From: Felis catus
Taxonomy: Eukaryota
NCBI RefSeq assembly: GCF_018350175.1
Contig: NC_058368.1
Coordinates: forward strand, 74,278,001 to 74,342,000
Length of the DNA: 64,000 nucleotides
Direction: 5' to 3'
The notes beneath the pieces were generated by a model that was not told the DNA's origin, searched no databases, and saw only the letters and a program-made list of their open reading frames with translations. Each line of letters begins with the position of its first letter. The first letter of the stretch is position 1. The translations under genes were made by a program, and so were the position numbers. Shown in pieces: positions 1 to 13,223 of the stretch.

Positions 1-132
1 ACAGATTCCGAAGCAGGCTCCAGGCTCCGAGCTGTCAGCACAGAACCTGACACGGGGCTCGAACTGGCGAACCATGAGACCATGACCTGAGCAGAAGTTG
101 GATGCCTAATCGACTGAGCCACCCAGGCGCCC
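1..132 (-). mobile_element. CanSINE (felid SINEC), cut by window start
   Basis: Reverse complement of the tRNA-derived head GGGCGCCTGGGTGGCTCAGTCG plus a B-box-like GTTCGAGCCCC. Confidence 0.95.
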
Positions 133-139
133 AGGCTAT

Positions 140-607
140 AATTTAGAGTAAAAGCAAGTATTCTTATGATGACTTACATGGCTCTAGATGACTTCACCCC
201 TGAACTACCTTTCTGAGTGCCTTGCCCACCTGTATCCCCTTCTCACTGTGTTCTGCCCATTCTGACCTGTCGTCTCCTTCAACCGCATCAGGCACACTCC
301 ACCTTCAGAATCTCTTTCTTGGTTTCCCTCCGCTTGGAAGCCTTTTCCTAGAGATATCTCCAATGGTCCTTTCTGGAATGCATTCTAGTCCTGAGGCAAA
401 CACTCTCTTAGGAGAGGCTTTTCTCTTTGACAACTTTCTTAGCAGCCCTACCAAAAATACCCTTCCTCATCACCCTATGCTCCTTACCCTGAATTAGGTT
501 TCATTTTTTCACTGAATATACATATATACATGTGTGCGTGCACACACACACACACACACACACCACGCGGTATACAATAGGCACTCAAAAGATACTTGCT
601 GAATGAA
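140..607 (+). mobile_element. L2 3' end fragment with internal (TA)/(TG)/(CA)n
   Basis: Ends with L2-like AATAGGCACTCAAAAGATACTTGCTGAATGAA; degenerate pyrimidine-rich body. Confidence 0.6.
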
Positions 608-1589
608 GCCAGCAGAGATTACTGTTTAGGGTCTGAGATTAAAGTCAACTGAAGAATTCAGAGCAAAAGATAATAGCTGATAGTGTCATGTGAAGCCTGA
701 ATCAAGCTATGTCTGAAGCTAGACTTACGTCTTCTTTCAATATTTGAGCCAATACATTTCTTACACATTCTTGTTCTCTATTATTGTTATTAATATTACT
801 TTCCCTTTTTATTGTGTTCATAGGATGGCAATTTGCATTCTCTATGTTATGAATATGTTAGACAAGAGGATTTGGGGAGGATCATTTTTTATCATCACCA
901 CCTACAAATTGGTATTTGACGTCAGAAAATTGCCATGTATAGCAAGTAATTAAAGTGAAAAAGAAATATTATTTGGTAAATATATGTTTTTTAAATCTCT
1001 AAGTAACTGATTATGGAAGTGAAACACTGATATCACCTGTTTGTACAAGTGTATGCGGCTTTCTTCTTCTAGTGCAAAGATTTTTGTGCTTCATTTGAAA
1101 GGAATGGATGGAGCATATGGAAGAACAACAACAACAAAACATTTTATCAGGTTTCAGGATTTGAGCACTATAACTTAGTTCTTCCCATAAGAAGTGCCAC
1201 GTACAATGAAATAAAATAACTAAAAAAAGTAATAAGCCATATAACAACATTAGATATAGCATAAGAAGCTCTAAGAATAAGTGCCATTTAATCTGAACCA
1301 TGGAGATAAGTTGATTTTTCACAGGTAAAGATAAATCGATGAGCACATGAGGCAAGAAAAGAGAAAAGAAACAGCAGGTTGTAGTAAAGAACCAGAGTAT
1401 AACTTCTGGTCTGATTTAGCAGATGATGAAAGATACTTTGGACTCACATCTTAAAAAGCCTCAACAGCCATGCACAGATGTGAAATTATACTCCTCAGGT
1501 AATTGGGGGCTTCCAGGGGGCTGGAAACCAGAGAGGGTTGAATGCAACATATATTGTAGAGCATAACATGATTAGAAATGTATTGGAGA

Positions 1590-1814
1590 GGGACGCCTGG
1601 ATGGTTCAGTCGGTTGAGCGTCTGACTTCAGCTCGGGTCATGACCTCGCGGTTCGTGAGTTCGAGCCCCTCTTCGGGCTCTTTGCTAACAGCTCGGAGCC
1701 TGGAGCCTGCTTGGGATTCTGTGTCTCCCTCTCTCTCTGCCCCTCCCTCGCTCACATTCTGTCTCTCTCTCCTTCAAAAATAAATAAACATTAAAAAAAA
1801 TTAAAAAAAAAAAA
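1590..1814 (+). mobile_element. CanSINE
   Basis: Head, (CT)n and poly-A; TSD AGAAATGTATTGGA at 1574-1587 and 1815-1828. Confidence 0.97.
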
Positions 1815-2964
1815 AGAAATGTATTGGATAGACTGGAGGAAGAATATACATAAACCTACTATCAGAACTAATATTGGGTCCTATGGACCTGACCCAAAGA
1901 TTTAGGAGTAAGATTGGAGGAAAAGGATATTTCCCACTTTAATTTCCCTAATAAACATACTTCGTGTATTGACCATTCAGAGTATTTGCAATGTCTCAAT
2001 GTTGCCATATTTCTCCATACATTCTTACCTATTTACATGATTTTCAGAGCATAAGTCCCTTTTGTTCCATACACCTTGGAAATTTTTGTTTATTACTTAA
2101 CACAGCAGTGCTGTCTTCTTGAGAAAAGCATGGTCTTCCTATGACAGTATTAGGTACATTTCTATACTCCCTAGAAAAGGAGTACACAAAGCAAAAAAAA
2201 AAAAAAAAGAAAGAAAAAGAAAAGAAAAGAAAAAAAAAGATTGCTTGAAATTCTTTACCAAAGGAAACCCATATAATTCAGATACAGAAACCCACTGTAA
2301 TTTATGCAGACAAGTCATTTAAAAATATACATATTCCTGAAATTAATTAGAAATTTCAGTAGAATATAGTTCTTTGAAGATAGCATTGAAATACTCATAA
2401 CACGAAAGAAACAGGAAGATGAACTGGTTGAGTCTATAATGACCAAATTGTCTGATTTTTTAGACCGTAGATGGTTTTCTTGAACCCCTGTATAGATTCT
2501 CAGGATTAACCACCTCATTCTACCAGGAACTTCTGCAAGATGTATCTTGGCTTTTAATGTCTTCTCTTATGGCCCCTCACTTGGCCCTAGTACTTATCAC
2601 TTTATTTTTAAATCATTACTACAGTTTCTTTTTGCTGGAATATCTTTTTTCTCCAACCGATTGTATACCTTTGTTTGACCTTCCTGAAGAAACGCTTCCA
2701 ATGTGTCCCTGTGATGTTCATGATCATTCTTTTCTTCTTGGACATTGTTCAACCTTAACTGACCTGTATAATTTATAAGTTCATCGACAATCTTGTTACC
2801 CCATGATCCTAGTTCCCCATTCTTTTATCACAATCCCTCTTCTGAATCCCTTTTTTCCTAATTTTTCCTAATACAGTGAGTCATGTCTACTCACGTCAGC
2901 CTTAGATATCATTCTGCCTTTATTCATACCGTCAGTCCCAGATGAGATGCCTTGGGTCTTCCTG

Positions 2965-3440
2965 GTTTCAGGTAAAGCAAACTCTAAACTTTCACGAGAG
3001 ACCAAAACCAGGCTGGCTTAAAGAAGAATGTTATTTCACCGACCTGTACCCCCCTGGGTGACTGGCTGGGAGGCTCTGCTCCACATGGGCATTCAGAGAT
3101 TCACACTTCTCCAATGATCTAGCTTCACCAGTATATAAGCTTTTATCTTCAGCTGAATAATTAAAACTGGGCACAGGCACATCCATGTTGCAGTGGTCAT
3201 GAAGAAGGAATCAGAGATGGCTATGTAAGCAATTTTCTGTTTAGCAAGTAAGGTAGAAGCTGTACATATCGATTCTTTCCAGATCCATTTAGTGAAGACT
3301 TAACTACGTAGCTATATAACTACTTGCAAAGGAGAGCTGGAAATGTATGCTCTAGATATAAGGCCATATTTCTTGCTTAAATTCCATTATTATGGCAAAT
3401 AGAGAGATGAACTTTGCTGGCTACCAGTCTCTGATCCACT
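2965..3440 (-). mobile_element. Old MaLR LTR (MLT1I/J-like)
   Basis: Recalled similarity, e.g. GGCTCTGCTCCACATGGGCATTCAG and ACTTGCAAAGGAGAGCTGGAAATGT. Confidence 0.55.
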
Positions 3441-3564
3441 CCTCTTTACTTATTAAATTTATAACCATTTTTAACAGTTTCTAATCTAATTACTTCTCAC
3501 AATTTCCAATGGTTGTCTCTCATCTGATAAGAAACCTTGGAAAATGGGTCTATGTTTTACTTTT

Positions 3565-3840
3565 TAAAAATCAACTTTATTGAGGTATAATTTAACACAG
3601 TCAGCAATGACATTTTAAAACATGCATTGATGAGCTTTGACGAATGTAAGTATGCATGTAATTCCAGCTATAATTAAATTATAAAATGTTTCCATCACCT
3701 CCAAATTCTCCAGCTAATCCTGACCTCAGTTGACCCCTGCTTGCTTTCTGTCACTGTAGTGACATACGGAGTCATCATGTGTACATTATTTTTACCTGGC
3801 TCTTTCTGATCAGCAAAATGATTGATATCTATTTGTAACA
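3565..3840 (-). mobile_element. L1M (MB/ME-like) 3' UTR fragment
   Basis: AACTTTATTGAGGTATAATT...GATGAGCTTTGACGAATGT...TTTCCATCACC, typical antisense L1 3' end. Confidence 0.7.
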
Positions 3841-4169
3841 TATAACATGCACTATATAAATAAACCCGTGGTCATAGTTCGTTAATGCAGTCAACAAATA
3901 CTTGTTAAATGTCTACCTTTTATAAGATATTGAGTACAATGTTATCTCACCTGGTAGGTTAGAAGAATCACCAGAAAGACATAAATAATGAATAGATTCC
4001 TGAGAAGATCAAGCCTCTCTCTGAGATATTAAAATCAGTCTTTCTGAAATATGCGATTCTTTATATGAAAAATCTCTACATCGTGCAGAAAAATACGGGA
4101 ATAATTGTGTAAATCTTTTGGTCCCAAGGAGGTGGGCTACATAATTAATTCACTATCTTAGCCAGATGA

Positions 4170-4660
4170 TCAGAGTGTTAAGTCATGTGGATGATTTGTA
4201 CCCTTCATATAATGTGCTGAGAGGGACCACCTCTGTGATCTTCCTCTGAAAACAATGGAATAACCACAGTCTAATAATGAGAACACTGTAGCAAAATCCC
4301 CCCTTGAGTCACATTCTATAAACTGCCTGATCAATCCTCCTTAAGACTGCCAAGAATCTTAGGCACCTGGGTGGCTCAGTCGGTTAAGCGTGGCTCAGGT
4401 CATGATCTCATGGTTCGTGAGTTTGAGCCCCGTATCCGGCTCCGTGCTGACAGCTCAGAGCCAGGAGCCCGCTTCCGATTCTGTGTCTCTCTCTTCCTTT
4501 GCCCCTCCCCTACTCACTCTCTGTCTCTCTCTCTCTCTCTCTCTCAAGAATAAGCAAACATTAAAAAAATTAAAAAAAAAAAAAAAGACTGCCAAGAATC
4601 TCAAAAGCAAGGGACCTGAGAAACTGTCACAGTCAGGAGAAGGCTCAGGGAAGCTCAGGC
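4170..4660 (+). mobile_element. L1MC/MD-like 3' UTR fragment interrupted by a SINE
   Basis: CACCTCTGTGATCTTCC...CAGTCTAATAATGAGAA...ACATTCTATAAA...CTGAGAAACTGTCACAG. Confidence 0.65.
4361..4584 (+). mobile_element. CanSINE with a short internal deletion
   Basis: TSD AAGACTGCCAAGAATCT at 4343-4359 and 4585-4601. Confidence 0.97.
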
Positions 4661-4689
4661 AACAAAGGGCAGAGTCAACAGTGAACGGA

Positions 4690-4927
4690 GAGCTGGGACC
4701 TACCCTCGTACGAATTAGACTGTCTGCCAGAGAAGGCATGCCCAGCTTGCCAGAACTTCAGGCTTCTCTTAAAAGAGGCCAGAACACATTTTTATGTATC
4801 TCTCAAGTTTTAAATGTTGGCAACTATTTCAAAAGATTTAAACCGTGGACAGGCCAAAATTACGTGGGCCAAACAAAACATATCTGAGGGCAGAATCTGG
4901 CCTGTAGCCTGCCAGTTTTGACCTCTG
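4690..4927 (-). mobile_element. hAT-Charlie element (MER102-like)
   Basis: TTTTAAATGTTGGCAACTA...GGGCCAAACAAAACATATCTG...GCCAGTTTTGACCTCTG matches the recalled MER102 end. Confidence 0.65.
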
Positions 4928-5489
4928 CTCTACAATAAGAAGATTGATTTTTAAAAATTGCTTATGAAATTACTCATTTATGTGTAGTCACACCTCAGGC
5001 TGGTGTTCAGAGAAAGTCAGACTTTGGGAGAGTTAACTGGGTGACCTGAAAATTACACTCTATACTTCAGTTAAATTAACCTTAAGTTAATTTAAAATGT
5101 CCTAATTATAGACATTTTGTGAGGCTTTTGCTGCAGAAGACTGAAATTTGAAATCTTGCTATTTTTAAAAAGATTGCGAGGAGGTTTCTGGAAATTTAAC
5201 GTGACTGGCATTGCTAACAACTGTTGGTGCAAACAGAGCGGCCGAATTTGTCTGCCATTTTATTCAGATTTATGAATAGATAGATGGGCCAAGAGGAAGA
5301 GAAATAATAATCTTCACTTATAGTGGACATTTTTCTTTCTTTCGAGGCAGTACTCCGTAACCGGGCTTTGGCACGTGCTTCTTAACATCTGCATTGAGGT
5401 ACAATACATCGTTAGCAGTATTTATGTAGTCAAATATGCCTGTGTACGCGCACATGCGTGCTTACATGGGTATGCACACGTTAGAATGC

Positions 5490-5700
5490 ACGCTGCTCCA
5501 TGACAGTTAGATTTATTAGATTCACCACCTTCAAGTCCTGATTTTGAGCTGCGTCTTTCAACTTTCTAAGCTTCACTTCACTCATCTGTAAGATGGGGCT
5601 AGTCATGTTACCCACCTTTTACGGCTTACAACAATATAACACATATAAAGCCTAAAAACAGCGTTCAGCCCATTACAACCCTCAGGAAGCATTAGATAAT
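5490..5700 (+). mobile_element. MIR
   Basis: Core-like CTTCACTTCACTCATCTGTAAGATGGGG. Confidence 0.6.
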
Positions 5701-6929
5701 ATAATTGTGTAAAAACATATGTATTCATGAAGATATATATGCTAATTTATGGAGACACGTTCCTTCTAATAAAGCATCGTTTAATACAATTAGTAGTCCC
5801 AGAGAAAATAATTTGTCTTCAATATCTCATTTGCACTATTTTTTTTTTTTTTGGTAATTTTTCAGATTAACAAATATTCTGTTAGTCCATTTGATTAATG
5901 ACCAGAGCTAGAAAAAGAGCATTTGAAGGAGAAAGGGTATTTTCAAGGTCACTGTAAGTGATCTTTATTGGAAAGCCAGTGCTGAGGGCATCACTCAATT
6001 ATGTAGAGTACACAACAGGAAATTGCAAGCGGCATATGCAGACGGGATCCCTGCAGACAGTGACATCAGCGGACAAAATGCAGCTGTGGAGAAAGGTCTC
6101 GGTGTATCAAAAGCACGAATTAAGAACTTCCATTACTGAATATCACACCCACTGAGTCATTAGAAAAGATGTAATTCTGAAGTGTCAGTAAGTAGGCATT
6201 CAGGATATTTGCTTTACCAGCCAGAGTCGATAAGGCGTCGCACTTGCCCTTGAGAGAGAGCCGGTCGCTTGGCACAAAAATGAAGAATACCTAAGATAGA
6301 TGATCTGGGTCTCTGACACCGTTCTCAGGCTCTTTGAGGTCAAGGTTTTACAGTGGGTAAAAATGTCAAGTTCCGAAAACTTCCTGTTGTGTTTTCCATT
6401 ACGGCTGTGTGTGATTCTTTTCAATAATCAGCTCACTTGTATTAGTCTAAGGTGTTCTTTTCCTGCTTCTGGTATCCATCATCGCTTTTATCCATTTTCT
6501 CCTGTTAGGTCAAGCCTTTATCACCTGCTACCTGGATTATTGGAACTGCATTATAATTGGTTTTCCTGATTCCAGCCTCTGCAGTTTCATCTGTGACATT
6601 CTCTCTGCCGTCAGAATACCTTTAAGAAATGCAATGATTATCATGCCCTGTCTGTTCCCCAGCATCCTTAAGAGCTCTTTATTGTCAATAAGATGATCTA
6701 AAGTCAAATTGCAATGTACTCCTCTTGTCATTTATATTGTATTCCAACCCTATCTGAGGACTGAACATACCCTGAAGCCTTCTGGCTCTCTGGCTTTCGA
6801 TATCCTGCTTTGTCAGCTTCGAATACAACTGTAACTCATGATATACTTGCCTTTAGAAGCCTGCACTCTCGCCAAAACCTGTCATGCGAAAGCCACTCCT
6901 GACAAATAATCTTATGATTAATAACTACA

Positions 6930-7130
6930 ATAATAATCTATCATTTTGTAGAATGCTGTGTGTCACGCTCTCGGCTAGATGCTTCACGTGAATGGTCTTT
7001 ATTTGAGTTGTGAGGATACATTATTTTGATCCCCATTTTGTCAATGAGGGAACTGAACTTTGGAGATATTAATAATCTATCCAGTGACATAAGTGATAGT
7101 GATCCGGGTGTTTACATTAAGACTCTTGTA
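6930..7130 (-). mobile_element. MIR
   Basis: ATCCCCATTTTGTCAATGAGGGAACTGAA core. Confidence 0.6.
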
Positions 7131-7354
7131 GCTTCCATAGAAATTTACTTTTGCATCTATAAACATCATTTGCATCATTATGTTGCCCTTCATGCAATGT
7201 GTACAGGTCTGTCTCTCCCATTAGCTATTTACCCTACTGGTAGAGACTGACCTTTTTGTTCTTTCCATGCCTAGGAAAAGCATGCCCAATATTTAAAAAA
7301 ATAAATTAAGTGGTACACATCTCTATTCTGATAGAATTAAAAAATGAAATCTGA

Positions 7355-7570
7355 GGGGCGCCTGGGTGGCTCAGTCGGTTAAGTGTCCGACTTCAGCCCG
7401 GGTCACAATCTCACGGTCCGGGAGTTCGAGCCCCACGTCAGGCTCTGGGCTGATGGCTCAGAGCCTGGAGCCTGCTTCCCATGCTGTGTCTCCCTCTCTC
7501 TCTGCCCCTCCCCTGTTCATGCTCTGTCTCTCTCTGTCTCAAAAATAAATAAAACATTAAAAAAATTAAA
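7355..7570 (+). mobile_element. CanSINE
   Basis: TSD AAAAAATGAAATCTGA at 7339-7354 and 7571-7586. Confidence 0.97.
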
Positions 7571-7639
7571 AAAAAATGAAATCTGAAAAACTGATACTTC
7601 ATAGGCTATCTTCTTCGGTCCTCAATGTGAGATAGGCAA

Positions 7640-7770
7640 CGGATATTATCATCCCATTTAATAAATGAAGAAATCACAGTTTAGAGATAAAAGGTCCTGA
7701 CAAAGTTCACACAGTAAGTGGTTGAACAAGGATTTGAGTACACATATTTTGTTTCCTAATATAATGCTCC
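7640..7770 (-). mobile_element. MIR
   Basis: ATTATCATCCCATTTAATAAATGAAGAAATCACAG core. Confidence 0.6.
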
Positions 7771-8039
7771 ACTGTCAACCGGACTTTTCCTTAATTGAAA
7801 TATCAAGGTTACAGGCATTTGGAACAACCTAGATATCAGAAGAAAACTTCAGTGTTCATGAGGATTTGGGGCAACATTTAAAATTGAAAGGGGGAAGAGT
7901 TTGCGTCCTTGGGACTAAAACTCATGAAATAATCCCATCAAGGTCCACGGGGCTTAAGGAAATAATAATTTGTGGCGTTAGTTTTGCACTTATTTGTTCA
8001 GGGAGATCATTCTCTTCCTTCCGTACTTGACAGTGTTGT

Positions 8040-9615
8040 GCACCTCCTTCTGGCCGCTATTTTCTGATGAGAAATCTGCTGTCTTTTGAATTGTTTATCC
8101 CTTAAAGGTAAGAGGATGCCTCTTTCTCACCGCTTTCAAGATTTTTTTCTTTGTGTCTGGTTTTCCGGAGTTTATTTATGATGTATTTTGGCATGGATTT
8201 ATTTGGGTTTATCCTGTTTAGGGTTTGCTCAGCTTCTTGAATATGTACATTTATTTATTTATTTATATTTTTCCCCCCAAATTTGAGACGTTTTCGGGCA
8301 TTAGTTATTGGGATACCTTTTCAGTCCTATTCTTCTCTTCCATTTCTCCTGAGACTCGGATAGCGTGAAATGCCAGATTTTTGTTATAGTCTTACAGGTT
8401 CCTGAGGCTCTGTTCATTTTTCTCCAGTCAATTTTCTCTCTATCGTTGGCAGCGGGCAATTTTTCTCTTCTGTCTTCAAGTTAACTGGATCTTTTCTGCA
8501 CCATCTTCGTTCTCCTATTGGGCCCATTCATGACCTTTTTTAATATCGGTTTTTATATTTTTCAGTTCTACAATTTCCATTTGACTCTTCTCATGTGCGT
8601 GTGACCGTTCCCTTTGATGAGACCTCCTATTTTCTCATTTCCTCTCGTGTGCGCGCGCGCGTGTGTATGTGTGTGTGTGTGTGTGTGACCATTCCCTTTG
8701 ATGGGACTTCCTATTTTCTCATTTCCTCCCAGTGTGCTGGTAATGGCTCCCTGATGCATGTTTGCAGTGGCTGTTTTTTCCCGTGTCGGAATATTCCAGC
8801 ATCTCTACCACCACAGTGCCAGGCATCTTGATCATCTTTTCTAATTTAATTTGATATGGTTTCTGGTTTGGGACATAATAAGTGATGTTTGATGTATCCT
8901 GTCCATTTTGGATTTTATGTCACGAGAATCTGGATCCTGTTTATATCTTCTGCTTTCGCGGTCCTCCTCTGACACCATGCCAGCAAGGAAACACAGCACC
9001 ATTTGCTGGGTGGGATAAGTCAGGCTCCCTGGCAGCGCTCTGCAGAGACCACTCATTACTGCTCTTCTTATGACTTCCTCTGACACTGTGGGTGTGTGTC
9101 GGGTGGGGGCCCCTTATTGCCCAGTGAGGACGGAAGTCCGGCACCCCAGTCAACCTTCTTTGAAACCACCAGTCAGGGATCGGGGAACCTCACAAAAACC
9201 AGGTGAAGTTGGAAGGTGGGGCTTTCAATCTGACCTTTGCTCACAGCGGTGATAATGGAGCCACAGTTTACCCATGGTATTTGCCTGAAAGTTTTCTGTC
9301 TAGATAGGATGACCCTTTCCTGGTCCTTTGCTTAGATAGAGAAGCTTTGCTTGGCTTTTTTAAAAATCTGTATCCATTGATGTTTCCAGATGAGTGTCTT
9401 CTTCAGCACCCAGTCTGGACTATAATGAGCAGGAGACAATCCAGAGAAGCCACCACTATGTCATTCCTTGGGTCTCTAGGTTCCTAGAAGGCCTGTCTTC
9501 TTCTCTGTATCTTTCAGAGTCATTTTCTCTTTGCTTCATATGTAATATTCAGAGCTTTTAGTTGTACTCAGTAGGAGGAATAGGAAGAAATATATATACT
9601 CTATATTGTCCTGAA
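8040..9615 (-). mobile_element. Old L1 (L1MC/MD-type) 5' UTR plus decayed ORF1 region
   Basis: TTTCTGATGAGAAATCTGCTGTC...GCTTTCAAGATTTTTTTCTTTG...GCTCAGCTTCTTGAAT (antisense ORF1); 5' terminus resembles TTAGTTGTACTCAGTAGGAGGAATAGG. Confidence 0.75.
8647..8687. repeat. (GC)n/(GT)n alternating purine-pyrimidine tract
   Basis: Read directly. Confidence 0.9.
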
Positions 9616-9659
9616 ATTAACAGTTATATACAACCAGAGGCAAATTTAACCAATGCATA

Positions 9660-10000
9660 TTATTTGAAGTCTTCCAGGTGAGTAAGATAAATTAGAGTCC
9701 CTGGAGTTAGAATGAAGTAGAAGGCCAGGTGCAAGCCCAGAGTTGCCCTAACGTTTAAGACTTGGTTGGAAAAGGAAAAGTCAATAAAGGAGATAGAACA
9801 CGAATGTCTAGAGAGGAAAAGGAGAAAGTCTGACAGATGAGGCATCCTGTAAGCAAAGATATGTATGTTTTTCAAGAATGTAGGAATGATCACCTGTCAG
9901 TGTTGTAATACCCAGCTAGGTTGACACTTGGAATTCATCATCGTACTTTACTTGACAAAATGATTAGCGATTGTAGAAAGAGTATTTGGGTAGAGATATT
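9660..10000 (-). mobile_element. L2 fragment
   Basis: Purine-rich degenerate L2-like text (AGGAGATAGAACACGAATGTCTAGAGAGG). Confidence 0.45.
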
Positions 10001-10024
10001 TAAATGAGTTAAAAAGTATATGTT

Positions 10025-10160
10025 GAAGACAAAACTATGAAACGGTAAAAAGATCAGTGGTTTCCAAGAATTAATAGGATATCTCTGTACTCTCTGCTCA
10101 TTTTTTTTGTAAATTTAAAACTAATCTAAAAAAATAAAGTCTATTTTTTTTAAAAGCAAA
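10025..10160 (+). mobile_element. L1MC-like 3' end fragment
   Basis: GTAAAAAGATCAGTGGTTTCCAAG joined to ATCTCTGTACTCTCTGCTCATTTT...AAATAAAGTCTATT. Confidence 0.6.
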
Positions 10161-12199
10161 AAAAAAATATACAGCATTTTCAAAGAAAAAAATGTGTATA
10201 TTGTTGAGAAATGGACCTACAGACTCTTTTCAAGAAGTTTTGTTCTCCACATGAGCAGAAAATAAAATGGTAGCCAGAGGAAGAAGTGGGGTCAAAGGAT
10301 ACTTTTCTTTTGGTCCTTTTTTTTTTAAGATGGTACCCGTTAAAGCAGAACGTAACAAAGAGGGGAAAATGGAAAGTGTGTAAGAAGGAGTACAATTTCC
10401 GAAGCAGAAATCATTCAGTAAATGAAAGGGGACAAGATCCAGAAGCATGAAGAGAGGAGGAAGAATCTCAGGGGGATAAAAATAGTTTTGCAAAAAGTCG
10501 TAAATAGGATAATGCAAGAGAAGAATCTTGGAGAAACATCTGTGTCGTTTATCTTTTAAGTTGTTGACACTCAAGATCATTTGGGTGTTACATTTTTATA
10601 ATCACGGGTGTTATTAACCTTCCCTGGGGAAGAAGGGTCAGATAAAAAAAAAAAAAAGAAGTAGGGAAACTGCTTTTCCAGTTCAAAATCTAAATCATGT
10701 TTGGATTTGCCACGAAAATGGGACAATGTCCAAACAACACAGCTTCATATCCAGGAAATAAGACTTCCTCAGACAATATGAATAGATATTGACTTACTTA
10801 TAATGCACTAGAAATGACAGAAAACCAATAAACTATGTTTAATTCTTTTGAAATGTCCCTAAGAACGGAACAGACATTTCTCTACTTTGCCCATTTGGAG
10901 CCATTTGCCATACTTAGCATTTGGTAGACCAACAACAATTAGCTTCTTTTTCTTTCTTGACATTTTTAAATTTTATGAAATATGGGGGTTCATATTTATT
11001 AACTACCTAAGCTATTACTTTTCTTAAAAGAATTTTCCCTATTTCCTCTCCCTACTCTACAAGTTTGGTCAAAAGAATGAACAATAGACAACATTATTGG
11101 TTATTTCAATGGCAGATAAGTTAGTCAGTTTAAGGGAATGAAATGCCAGTTCATCTGTGAAGTGATGCTGGAAGCTTCTGAACATATTTTATGCTTGACA
11201 GTAATAATATTGAATTAATATGTCCCCGCAAGGCTTAGAAAATCTGGTTCAAATTTAGCCCAATTTATCAAGGTTTGGCAGAGTTATAAGAATTAACAAA
11301 TCATGCTGTGACTTAAAATTAGCATTATGAATATTTAGGAGCTGTTAAAACTGTGGGCTAAATATATAAAATGTCACTGTCATCATATAAAAACACAGTT
11401 TCAAACATAAGAGAGGAAGGCTTATTACACAGTTCAGTATGGTACAAAATACTGCATTTGATTTTGCTTTTGAGATCAATGTCTTTATAAATGTTTTCTT
11501 TTCAGTAATAAAAAGTACTTTACCTCTGCCGCAAAGACATCAGCTCAGGATATCTCTCTGCCCTTCGATCTGATCTTACTATTTGTTCCCCGTACCACAC
11601 AGGAAATGTTAGTGACACTCCATCCTTTTAACAAGCAGGAGAGAGCCCTTCTGGAAAGTCTCTCCCTCTTCGTACTGTAGAAACCAGGGGGGATCTGAAG
11701 GTTACATGCAGTTGTTTGAACCGTAAATGAATGAAAGTGGAAAAAAACAATTCTTTGACAAATGTATATGACATATATGTGTCCCTTGTAAGTCCATTAT
11801 CTACACTTGTGTATCAGTACATTGTAGAACTTTTGTTCTCATTTCACTGTTTTGGTCGGAAATTTAAAATGACAAAAAAAAAAAAAAAAGAAATGATATA
11901 CCTAAATAAAAAGGGTGATTTTTCTAATCGACAAAATGAGGTCAAATAAATTGAGTAGAGTGATAGATAAGTGATTATATCCCCAGAGAGCTTGTTAAAA
12001 GGTTACTTTGGATAGGCAATTGGGATTGAGGACCTTGTAGAAAGCTGATAACTTCATTTTTCATTAAAAACATTTTTTTTTTTTACAAATATGAGACTAA
12101 GTACTGGAAATGGCATTACTGATTATCTCTAGAGCAGTGGTCTTAGTGGGAGTGATTTTGCTGCTAACGGGCATACGCTAATGTCCAGTAATCTTTTTT

Positions 12200-12570
12200 A
12201 GGGGTAGTATAATTGGCATACAAGATTGTATCCGTTTACATGATAATTATAATCATATTAGTATACAACACAATGCGTTAATATTTGTATATATTTCAAA
12301 GCGATCTCAGCAACTGTAGCTAACATCTGTCACCATACATAATTGCAAAATTTATTTTTCTTGTGATGAGAACTTGTAAGATCTACTCTGCGGGCAAGTT
12401 GCAAGTATGCAATGCAGTATTGTTAACTATGGTCACTGTGCTGTACGTGGTAGCCCACGACTTATGTATTTTATACCTGGAAGTTTGTACATTTTGATCC
12501 TTCTCCACTGATTTTTTCCGCCAACAACCCCCACCTCAGGCAACCATCAATCTGTCATCTGTATCCATTG
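12200..12570 (-). mobile_element. L1MA9/L1_Carn-like 3' UTR, preceded by a MER20-like stub at about 12135-12200
   Basis: CTTGTGATGAGAACTTGTAAGATCTACTCT...TTATACCTGGAAGTTTGTAC...GGCAACCATCAATCTGT. Confidence 0.8.
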
Positions 12571-13223
12571 TTCATGGAAAAACTACCTTTAAGTGAGTGT
12601 TGTTCTTATGAAGTATCTTTGTCTAGTTATAAGGATAAAAATGAAGTTGTTAACATTTATTAGCCCCCAAATTTTTTCCCCTCACTATCTGGCCATCTCG
12701 TGTAAAGTCTTTTCTTTCTCCCAATCCACTTTGAATTATCTTGATACTGTATTGGCATTCCATATTTTGCACATAGTTTAAGCATTGGTTAAATTCTGAT
12801 GATTTTTTTTTTCAAGCATGTAGAGAACACACTTATGTAGAATTCAAACTTTGGAATTCGTAGGTGGCATCAGTTGATAGTGAAACTTTCGAAGTTATTC
12901 TTTTGGAAACAACGGATGAGCAATTTTTGGTGGGAAAAACAGATCAAAACTAGGGAAAATGAAGTATTAAGGTAAGTTAGGAAGTAATATACTATCAGAA
13001 ATGCAGTTTTGAAAAAGAGTGAGCTAACGCTAATTTTGTACTAAGAAGATCAAATGCTTTTTTCTGAAACATGATGATGTGTAAACATCAAAACATGATG
13101 ATATATAAAATCCAGTGCCGGGAGGGCATTATAATGGGTATAAAAAAAATAAGCAAAACAAGCAACAGAACAATATTTTTGTAATCATTGTAGGTAATAA
13201 CCAAAATAGTTCCGCCATAGTTT

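Noticed and set aside
4390..4887. 165-aa ORF and the many MAQSVKRPTS / GGGAEREGDTESE ORFs
   Set aside because: Recurrent translations of CanSINE sequence, not genes.
7355..7440. tRNA-like A/B boxes in SINE heads
   Set aside because: tRNA-derived SINE promoters, not tRNA genes.
11524..11674. Minus-strand exon-like segment (TTTCTACAG...GAG|GTAAAG)
   Set aside because: Stops in all three frames; no evidence for a non-coding transcript.
12864..12971. 108-nt exon-like segment with strong donor AAG|GTAAGT (VASVDSETFEVILL...)
   Set aside because: Weak polypyrimidine tract and two in-frame stops in the protein-like frame.
13067..13114. 24-bp tandem duplicate; similar short duplicates at about 32578, 40050, 53161 and 61770
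   Set aside because: Two-copy slippage products common in mammalian non-coding DNA.
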